Positions 52,099 to 64,000 of a stretch of 64,000 nucleotides of DNA are shown here, piece after piece. The stretch lies in assembly GCF_009914755.1 (NCBI RefSeq), contig NC_060942.1; one strand, 5' to 3'. The notes under the pieces were generated by a model. It was not told the DNA's origin, did no database searches, and saw only the letters and a program-made list of their open reading frames with translations. The translations under genes and the position numbers were made by a program. Each line of letters begins with the position of its first letter. Within the stretch, counting starts at the first letter, position 1. The DNA comes from the human T2T-CHM13v2.0 reference genome, Homo sapiens.

Positions 52099-52817
52099 AT
52101 GTCTTAATGTGTTTAGTGTTATAACAGAATACCTGATTCTGGGTAATTTATTCTAAAAAGAGGTTTATTTAGCTCATAGTTCTACAGATCAGGAAGTTCA
52201 AGGGCATGGTGCTGATTTTTGGTGATGGCTTCCATGCTGTGTTATAACATGGCAGAAGGTCAAAGCGGGAGCAGGTGTGTTCAATATCACAAGAGCAGTG
52301 ATATCACTTTATAAGAACTCCCAGGCCGGGCACAGTGGCTCACGCCTGTAATCTCAGCACTTTGCGAGGCTGAAGCATGAGGTCAGGAGTTCAAGAGCAG
52401 CCTGGCCAATATGGTGAAACCCTATCTCTACTAAAAATACAAAAAAACAAAAATTAGCCAGGCATGGTGGCACACACCTGTAGTCCCAGCTATTCAGGAG
52501 GCTAAGGCAGGAGGATCGCTTGGAGGTTGCAGTGAGCCGAGATCGCACCATTGCACTCCAGCCTAGGTGACAGAGCAAGACTCCATCTAAAAAAAAAAAA
52601 AAAAAAAAGAACTCCCACTTCCAGGAGCTAATCCATTCCTGAGCAGGTGAGAACTCTCTCTCATACCTGTGAGTGAGACAACATTAATCTATTCGTGACG
52701 ATGGGGACCCATGAACCAAACACCTCCCACTAGGCTCCACCTCCCAACACTGCCATGTTGGGAATCAAATTTCAACATGAGTTTTAGGTAGGGATAAATC
52801 ACATCAAAATCATAGCA
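52099..52817 (-). mobile_element. MST-family LTR with internal sense AluS (52324-52608)
   Basis: ataacagaatacctgattctgggtaattta...aatcaaatttcaacatgagtttt...catagca; Alu TSD aagaactccca. Confidence 0.8.
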
Positions 52818-53179
52818 GTATACACCACATTTTGTTTATCCATTCATTCTTTGATGGACATTTGGGTTGCTTCTGGCTTTTGGCTATTGTGAGTAATGCT
52901 GCAAAGAATATTAATATACAAATATCTGTTCCAGTCCCTGCTTTCAATTCTTTTGGGTGTATACCCAGAAATATAGCACCTGATAATTCTGTGTTGAATT
53001 TTTTTGAGAAACTACCATACTGTTTTCCTCAGTGACTGCACCATTCTGCATTCCCACTAGCAATGCACAAGGGTTCTAATTTTTCCACATCCTTGCCAAC
53101 ACTTATTGTTTTCTTATTTTCTCTTTTTCAGAATAGCCATCCTACTGGGTGTGAAATAGCCATCCTAATGGGTGTGATT

Positions 53180-53310
53180 TGTCTTGTTCAACAGTTTTAT
53201 CAGTGATTTAGATGGAAACAAAGAAAAGTTGCTTATCTGATTTGTTGAGCAAAGGAAGGTAGAAGCCGATGTGTTATATGACAGAACTGTGAACCAAAAT
53301 AAAGTTGCTC
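53180..53310 (+). mobile_element. L3/CR1 reverse-transcriptase remnant
   Basis: tcttgttcaacagttttatcagtgatttagatgg resembles the CR1 LFNIFINDLD-coding motif. Confidence 0.5.
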
Positions 53311-53317
53311 ACTTACA

Positions 53318-53880
<563 letters not shown>

Positions 53881-53961
53881 TCTGGGTTATATGAAAGAGA
53901 CAAATTTAACCAGAAAATATTTAATCTCTATAAGTATAAAATATTTGTATGTAAGTAATTA

Positions 53962-54117
<156 letters not shown>

Positions 54118-54252
54118 TCAATGGCTTTCTATCATGTAAAAAGAGACATGGTGTTTTGTTTTGTTTTTTAACAGTAGACTAAATATGACTCAATATTGAC
54201 TTTAGTGTTGATTGTAATTTTATACCACATTAACAGGAATAAGCATCTATAA

Positions 54253-54402
54253 CAGTGATTCTCAACTTTGGCTGCACATGGAAATCACCTAGAAGATTTA
54301 AAAATACTGATGTCAAATCCCTGGGGAATCTGATGTAAACGGGCTGGGTGTGGCCTGGGTATCAGAGATTTTAAAGCTTCTCAAGTGATTCAGTGTGCAG
54401 TT
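54253..54402. mobile_element. MER5-family fragment
   Basis: cagtgattctcaactttggctgcacatggaaatcacct...ttttaaagcttctcaagtgattc. Confidence 0.75.
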
Positions 54403-54466
54403 GTGACATTCCCCCTCTGCTGGACTCAGGCCCAGTCTCACCTACAGCTTCATTCCATATGTCCCA

Positions 54467-54765
54467 TTTTATTTATTTTTTATTTTTATTTTTTGAGACA
54501 GGGTCTCACACTGTTGCCCAGGCTGGAGTGCAGTGGTGCAATCATAGCTCACTATAGCCTTGACTTCCAGGGCCCACACCTCAGCCTCCCGAGTAGCTGA
54601 GACCACAGGTGTGCGCCACCATGCCTGGCTAATTTTTTTGAATTTTTGTAGAGATGAGATCTCACTATGTTGCCCAAGCTGATCTTGAACTCCTGGTCTC
54701 GAGCAACCCTCTTGCCTTGGTTTCCCAAAGTGCTGGGATTATAGGCGTGAACCACCATGCATGGC
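54467..54765 (-). mobile_element. AluJ
   Basis: Antisense Alu, TSD tgtcccatttta. Confidence 0.9.
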
Positions 54766-55355
54766 TGTGTCCCATTTTAAAGGAAATGAAGATAAGCTGG
54801 TTCCTTTTCAAGGAGGAGGAGTCAGAATTGTTGGGGGGGATAAAACAGGTATTCATTTTTATAAGAGGAACAATTGCAGAAAGTACAAGTGTGAGGATCC
54901 TGGAGTGAGATGTTTCTAGCTGGCATTCTGCATTTGAGGGCTGCCTCATAGAAGAGGGGCCTGACTGCTTTTGTATGACATGACCCAAGGATACAAGCTG
55001 GGAGCGGGGAGTAGAACTGCCCCGCTATTATTATGACTTTTCTTTGAAAACAGTACGATCCAAAGAGGGATAGTGCCAGAGGGTCCACCCATCCCCCAGA
55101 TCACCAACAGGGGTACCATGGAGCAGGTCCGGGAGTGGAACACCTGATAGTAATGGTCAAGATAGCCCAATCCCAATGGTGCGTATCTATTGGTGCTTTC
55201 TCATGCCAGGCACCATGCCCAGACACTGCGTTTTCTGACTTGTGAGTTCACACCATTTCCACGGGGAGGGGGCTATGATTTTTCCAGGTCATATTTGAGG
55301 AAGCAGAGGTTCTGAGGCTTGTCCTGGTTCATGTGTGGTGGCAGAGCTAGGACCC

Positions 55356-56061
55356 ATTTGCAAGAATTAAATCTGCCCACAGAGAATGCATATTGCCAAC
55401 ACTGAGGGATTTATGAAGAAGGAACTTTTGCTTCCAAATTGTTTGATGAATGGTTTTCCAGCCTGGGCTCCTCTGATTCTAGAAAATACAATGTGTAAAT
55501 AACTGAAAATATGAGGCTGAGTTTTCACAAAAATGAGGTTGTATTGAAACCAAATCCTCCAGCAGTGACCTATGCAGATGAGAGGTGGGATTCAAAGCAG
55601 TCTCCTTAGAAAACTTGATCCTTAGAATCTGGCATGTCAGGGCTCCAAGGAAGGCAAGGGATGATCTAGTCCACACCCATCTCCCAATTTACAGATGAAG
55701 AAACAAGTCCAGAAAGGGTCTGGAGACTTGTCCTGGACTACGTATTTAATATTTAGAAAATGGTGTTCTTCCTTTTGCTGCCTTAATCAAACAGTCCTAC
55801 CCTTACTCAAAACTGCTGGGGCTCGGCTCATCTCAGAGTCCATGCGGCAGGAACCGGAGAGAATCAATCCCTTCACTTAGTGGTACATTTTGACTTTGAT
55901 TCAAAACAACATTACTGAGCACTCCGCACTCGTTTCATGTTCCAGTCTTAACTCTGAATGACTTGTGACTATCTGCAACAATTAAATCAGCCCAGAAAGA
56001 ATGCAGATTGTCACCACTGAGGGATTGACAAAGAAAGAACTTTTGCTTCCAAATTGCTTGA
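55356..56061 (+). repeat. 91-bp non-tandem direct repeat (55356-55446 and 55971-56061)
   Basis: Ungapped hand alignment, 78/91 identical, offset 615 bp. Confidence 0.9.
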
Positions 56062-57229
56062 AAAGTAATTTCCAAAGAAGAGTTGCCAAGGAGCTGTTGT
56101 GCACATCAGTGTCACGGACAGGGCATTCCTGCCCACCAGCCCAGGGCAACTTCACTGGAGAGTCCAGCAGGCCCTGCTGGGTGCATTCTGGTATGCGTGC
56201 CACAAATCAGCCACTGAATAGCTTTCACAGAAGCTGCCCCCCAAGAGAGAAGCTCTCCTCTGGGAAGAAGCTGCCAGGCTGGGGTGACATTTCTCAGCAC
56301 CCCACCCCCATCTACCCACTCAGATCTTGCATCTAGGTTTCCAGCAGTGTAACCAATGAGTAGAAGGGCTGCACGTGACTTCTGGGGCAAAGGTAAGTAG
56401 GAGAAAGGTGCACCTTCTCTTCTCCTGCTCATTTCCCATCAAGGAGCTGCATGCAAATACCTCCTATGCCCCAGGGAGCGAGTGCCACAAGAGGGAAAGA
56501 ACCTGGGTCAGAACCAGTTTTATACTTTAGCTGAACAAGAAATAAACTTTTATCTCTTAAACCTTTGAACTATGGAGGTTTTACAGCAGGTAGCATAGCC
56601 CTAATGTGGCCGCCCAAGTCAGATTTTACCAAAACCTAAACAGAGACACAGGCTAACATGGTGCCTGCTACACTAACAGCATTCAATAAATGTGTTGGTG
56701 AGTAAATAAATGAATCTCAAGGATGTGATTAATGGTTTATTTAGTCAAAAGGAAGTTAAAGAATGCTAATAAATGACTTTTCGGTTGCAGAGTGTATTTT
56801 GCTACATGCTGACCCCTGGTTTTCCCAGCTGCACTCAGGAATAAATGAGGGGAAATTAATTGTAATTTCTATGAAGAGACAGCCACACCCAGGAATGGAT
56901 TTCTGAATCAAATAAGGTCATTTTAATGCATGGAGAGCTCAGAAAACAGAGTAAGGAGCTCCTCTATTAGGTGAATTTAGGGTTCTTTGCTGGCTTGTGG
57001 GTGTGGACATAGAGCCATGTCCATATACTGTGTCATTGCCTTGAAATGCTGTCTCCTGTACATCAGAGCTGGAAGTGGTCATACAGCACCTGGCCTGTTC
57101 TTCATGTCACAGATGAGTATGCCAAAGCCTGGCAAATGGACAACTCGCCCAGGGTCCCTTGGTCATCAGCAGGCCCACACTCTAGGCAGGATGGTGTGGA
57201 TTAAGGGTGGGGACAGTGGAACCCAGTTG

Positions 57230-57822
57230 CTAAGCTGGATTTTTTTCTAGGTCACTTTGCAAGCCAGGGGTCTTCAGCCAGTGACACACCACTTGGGCCT
57301 CACTCAACCACGCTACCTGCTACAGGAGATGGGACCATCTCCAGATGGGACCACCCATTTGGCCCACCTGGGCTGAGTGTGGCTTGCACACTGGTTCCCA
57401 AGTTCCTGTCCCATGCCCAAGAAGAATGAGGATGCACTGACAATTAAAAAGAGAGCAAAGTGGGGAGTTTTATTGAGTGATGAAACAGCTTTCAGCAGAA
57501 AGGGGATGTGGGAGTGGTCCCCCTACCCAAAGGCAGGAATGTCCCCCCTAATATGGCTAAGTCTGGGGCTTTTATGGGTTCAGAATAGGGGAAGGGCAGG
57601 CTGTAGGTAGTATTGAAAAAGGCAATATTCGATTGGTTAAAAGTCATCATTCAGAAAGAATAAATTGGGAAAGGGTGGGCAAACAGGAACAGAAGTTCTC
57701 ACTCTGGGACGTGGGTTTCATCCAGTCTTTCAACCTTCAGGCTGTTTTTGGCTTGAAGGTGGGGTTTCACCGGGGACCCTCCCCTATCTGCCAAGGCATT
57801 TGGCTGCCTCCTGTCACTGTCA
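57230..57822 (-). mobile_element. ERV1 LTR (LTR27/LTR28/MER52 group) inserted in a MIR
   Basis: Reverse complement starts TGACAGTGACAGGAGGCAGCCAAATGCCTTGGCAGATAGGGG; gttgc on both flanks; MIR continues to about 58040. Confidence 0.7.
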
Positions 57823-59133
57823 GTTGCCTGGAATCAAATCCTATCTCTGCTTCTTGCAAATTACTTAACTCCCCTACACTTGTTTCCTTACCTTTAAAAT
57901 GGGGATAATTGGAATAGTTCCTACTTCATGGCCATGTCATGAAGATTAAATGAGTTAATATATTTAAGGTGCTCAGGATGGGACCTGGTGTGTAATAAGT
58001 ACCATGTAAGTGTTAGTGGTTGTGGTTACATTATAGTGATTATTATTAATGAATTCAAATTGCCCCTTTCCTGTGTCACCGTTCTTAAGCTTCAGAATAA
58101 AGATATTAAACATCATAGAAAATGGAAAGCCACAGTGAATCAGAGGATGCCAGGAACTCTTATACCAAGTTGTCAGAACACACAGCCTAAGAAACCAGAA
58201 TTTGTTATAAAATAAAGTGTGAATTGATATTTGGCACACATGGAGTTATTCATTAAGAGTAGAGAATTCAGGCCTTATTCATGTCTCAGGAATGGGCTAA
58301 GGACAGTATAAGTGCACCATTGTTCTTAACTGTAGAAAGGAAAAGAAAATATGAGTGTAAAATTAATCCTGGATGAGAGAGAATGGAATATGAGAAGCAG
58401 CCCAGAAAACAAACATGGTCAGATATTGCTTTTCTCTGGTAAGATTCCAAAGACATTGATTGTTGTGGATTTAATATTACAAAGAAGTTTATCAGGTTTG
58501 GGGAATCCTAGAATGTCAGGCTTTTAGAGAACTGCCTAGAACTCAAGAGGGCTTCATTGAACCAAGCACATATATCCTCTCAAGTTCTCCTGCCCCAACC
58601 TTCATTCGATGGCAGATCTCCTTAATATATCCACAGCAGATGGTTGGCTGACTTGTGCTTGGATGCTCTCCTAATGGGAGGCTCAGGGCACCACGGGCCA
58701 CCCACTGGTTACCAGACAGCTCTAACTGTTAGAGAATTCTTTCCTAGACTGGGCCAGTAATCTGCTTTACTGAATATTGGCCGATTATCCCTACATTTAT
58801 CTTTTGGTGTAAAAGAAAATAAATCTTGCTTTCTCCTTCTTGATGGTGGAGACTGGCATTAGAACTTCTGGTAGATTGCTGGTCCTGACATTAACTGAGC
58901 TATGAGACCTCAAACAAGTTGCTTAAGCTCTCAATGCCTTGCCTTGCTTTACCTTACCTTATTTTCATAAGAGGCTTGTGAAGGTTCAGGTGAATAAGCA
59001 TGATGTAGATAAAACATGGAGGAGAAAGCCTGTTACTATTTATCCAATAGATGATGGTTAAAATTATCACTATGTGAATTCAGCTCTTGGGACTCCCAAA
59101 GCCTTCTCTAAGCTAAATATCCCATTTCCTCTA

Positions 59134-59491
59134 TGATATGGTTTGGCTGTGTCCCCACCCAAATCTCACTTTGAACTGTAGTTCCCACAATTCCTACCTC
59201 TCATGGGAGGGACCCAGTGGGAGGTAATTGAATCATGGGGGCAGGTCTTTCCCTTGTTGTTCTCGTGATAGTGAATAAGTCTCACGAGATCTGATGGTTT
59301 TATAAAGAGGAATTCCCCTGCACATGGTCTCTTGCCTGCCACCATGTAAGACATGACTCTGCTCCTCATTCACCTTCCACCATGATTATGAGGACTCCCC
59401 AGCCACGTGGAACTGTGAGTCAATTAAACCTCTTTCCTTTATAGATTACCCAGTCTCGGGTATGTCTTTATTGTGAGAACAGACTAATGCA
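59134..59491 (+). mobile_element. THE1B/C solo LTR
   Basis: tgatatggtttggctgtgtcc...gagaacagactaatgca; flanks ctcta / ctcca. Confidence 0.92.
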
Positions 59492-60261
59492 CTCCAGCTG
59501 TTCCTACCTGGCCTGGTGGCCAACCCCCACCCCATTCTGGTTGCTCTCTTGGATTGCTTAATTGAAGGTTTCACTTCTCCCTCCACTTGTCCCATCATCA
59601 TCAGTCCTTGTCCAATAAAAAGAGACCCTCAATGAAGGGGGACTCAAGTCAGAACAGGTGCAGCTGGCTCCTGAAGGAGTGAAAAGATTCTAACTTTAGG
59701 GGCTGAGACATTCTAGTGGGGAGGAGGCCTTTGGGGTGCCCCAGGAAGAAGTCAGGTCAAGGCATGAACCCACAGGTGGCTGCTCCAGGGTTGTGGTGTG
59801 TGGGCAGAGAGAAAGCTAAAGGGGAGATTTCAGCTTTTCTCCCAGAATGTTCAAGCCATCTCCAAGGAGCAAGAAACCAGTCAGGATTCAGTGAAGATCT
59901 GTCCACAAATAAGAAACTATGACATTGGAAGGTACTTGCTTTATCTTGTGACCCTCAAGTCCCTGAGCTCAGTTAACGGGGTGCAAGAGGTAGCCTCTTG
60001 CTAAATTAGGTTTATTTATCACCCTTGATCTGGGCACTGCAATATCACAAAAACTGCCTAAATTCATGCCCCATTAGTAACATGCTAATGATGTTATTAC
60101 TCACTTACTGAGTTTGTGGTCGCTAAAACCTTTAGATTTTTTTTTCATGAGAACCACCTGCAAAGTTTTTTCCATGCTGCATGTGTATAGCTGACTTTGG
60201 AAATCAAATAGGGAAATTTATAAGCTGCCAGCACAGTGTCTAGCTTGTTGTAAGCACTAAA

Positions 60262-62460
<2,199 letters not shown>

Positions 62461-62497
62461 CCCTTGCAGAGAAGGGCAAAATTTTACACACAGAGAT

Positions 62498-63269
62498 TGT
62501 AGTGAGTTGAATGGTGGCACCCACCCCAAAATATATACCCACATCCTAATCCCTGGAAGCTGTGGATGGGACCTTACTTGGAAAAAGGATCTTTGTAGAT
62601 GTAAGTAAATTAAGGATCCTGAAATGAGACCATCCTGGATCATCCAAGTGAGCATAAATCCAACAACAAGTGTCTTTTTTTTTTTTTTTTGTTTTTGAGA
62701 CAAGTTCTTACTCTGTTGTCCAGGCTGAAGGGCAGTGGCACGATCACAGCTCACTCCAGCCTCGACCTCCTGGGCTCAGGTGATCCTCTACTTCAGCCTC
62801 CTGGGTAGCTGGGACTATAGGCCCACACCACCACGCCATGGCTAATTTTTGTATTTTTAGTAGAGGTGGGGTCTTGCCGTGTTGCCCGGGCTGGTCTTGA
62901 ACTCCTGTGCTCAAGGGATCCTCCCGCCTTGGTCTCCCAAAGTGCTGGGATTATCAACGTGATCTGCCCGCCTGACCTTAACAAGTGTCTTTTTAAGAGA
63001 AAAGCAGAGGGAGGTTTGAGACGGAGAGGAGAAGCCAAGTGAAGGTGGAGACAGAGTTTAGGGCGATGCAGGGAGGAAAGCCAAGGACTGCCTGGAGCCG
63101 CCACCAGAAGCTGGGAGAGGCCAGGAAGGATTCTCCCCTAGCACTCCCAGAGGATGCAGGGCCTTGCTGACACCTTGATGTGGAACTTCTGGCCTCCAGG
63201 GAGAATAAACTTTTAAGTCACCAAATTGGTTTGTGATAATTTGTTACAGCAGCCACAGAAACTAACACA
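62498..63269 (+). mobile_element. MLT1B/C/D-type LTR with internal antisense AluJ (62675-62977)
   Basis: tgtagtgagttgaatggtggc...tttgttacagcagccacagaaactaacaca; Alu TSD aacaagtgtcttttt. Confidence 0.85.
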
Positions 63270-63866
63270 GAGGGTATTTTCCTCCTCACAGTCTGAAGGA
63301 CCTGCCCAGGGGAAGAAGTAAACCACCTCTTACCTTTCCGACCATCTCAGAACCACGAGGAAATAGGAAGTGAGGCCTGGTATGCAGAGGGACGACTCAA
63401 ACAGGTGATTAAGGAATTAACCAGTCACTTGTTGGAGGATAATGCCTCAGTGAGCAAGAGGCATCCCGAGTTCATAGCAGACAAGGACGCCTGACAGCTC
63501 TGGTGGTCCCTGACAAGTCTGACACCCACGGAGAAGCCTGAGGGGACGAAGCTGGCCTGGGTGATGGGCGCCATGTTGGATCCCAGGGAGGCAGGAAGGC
63601 ACCAGGCAACGCCCCTGACTGGGAGTCATCCCAGGCCAGCGTCTTCCTGTTTGCTCAGGAAGAAACATTCATTTTCTCTGGCCTCAGCCTCCTAAACTGA
63701 AAAAAATAATGTTGTTCCACTCTAAGAATACTGCTGCGGGCTAATTTATTCATGGCTGTGACACACATAGCTTTCTTTAAAATAAAGTCCCTGGTGTCAT
63801 TTTTAATAGGGTCATAAATGCAACTCGAAGAAACTGTCTTTTTGCATCTACCTGTGATTGTTTCTT

Positions 63867-64000
63867 TGTATCAGTCAGGGTAGTCTGGGTTATTCTGTGG
63901 TAACAGGCAGTGCCCAAATCTCACTGTTTTAAAACAATGAAGGTTGTTGTAGGCTGAACTGTGTCTTCAGATGTGGTCACATTCTGAGGTGCATATGGAT
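63867..64000 (-). mobile_element. Old MaLR LTR fragment (MLT1J/K-like)
   Basis: tgtatcagtcagggtagtctgggttattctgtggtaaca...cccaaatctcactgttttaaaacaa. Confidence 0.55.

Larger units (their letters stand above)
50765..53177 (-). mobile_element. L1MB-like 3' region interrupted by L1MA, AluY, MST and AluS
   Basis: tgtgcaaccatcactac...gtacccataaaccaacaactccccattc; resumes ataccacattttgtttatccattcattc. Confidence 0.8.

Noticed and set aside
57325-57342. Short hairpin ggagatgg-ga-ccatctcc
   Set aside because: 8-bp stem inside an LTR, explained by a small local duplication; too short for an RNA gene call.

Overview
Primate (human-like) non-coding DNA dominated by interspersed repeats: about 50 Alu elements or fragments, old L1M/L2/L3/MIR pieces, many solo LTRs (LTR12F-like, MER61/LTR9-like, LTR7, LTR8, THE1/MST/MLT, MER21, MER34, LTR16, LTR27/28-like) and MER5/MER58 DNA transposons. 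The only gene-derived sequence I recognise is a processed pseudogene of RSL24D1 (6672-8050, +) with target-site duplication, poly(A) remnant and an almost undisrupted reading frame. The other ORFs in the track look like Alu/LTR translations or chance ORFs. I see no CpG island, no convincing exons, no RNA genes and no evidence for a new multi-gene system. The most noteworthy observations are: an apparent ~1 kb inversion with one breakpoint in an L1 and the other in an Alu linker (20238-21230); two separate ~90 bp non-tandem direct duplications (55356/55971 and 60262/62371); a repeat-poor block with clustered homeodomain/FOX/SOX motifs next to a multiply nested LTR7; and repeated reuse of the same Alu target sites. 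Repeat subfamily names come from recalled consensus sequences, not a search. Boundaries of old repeats are approximate.
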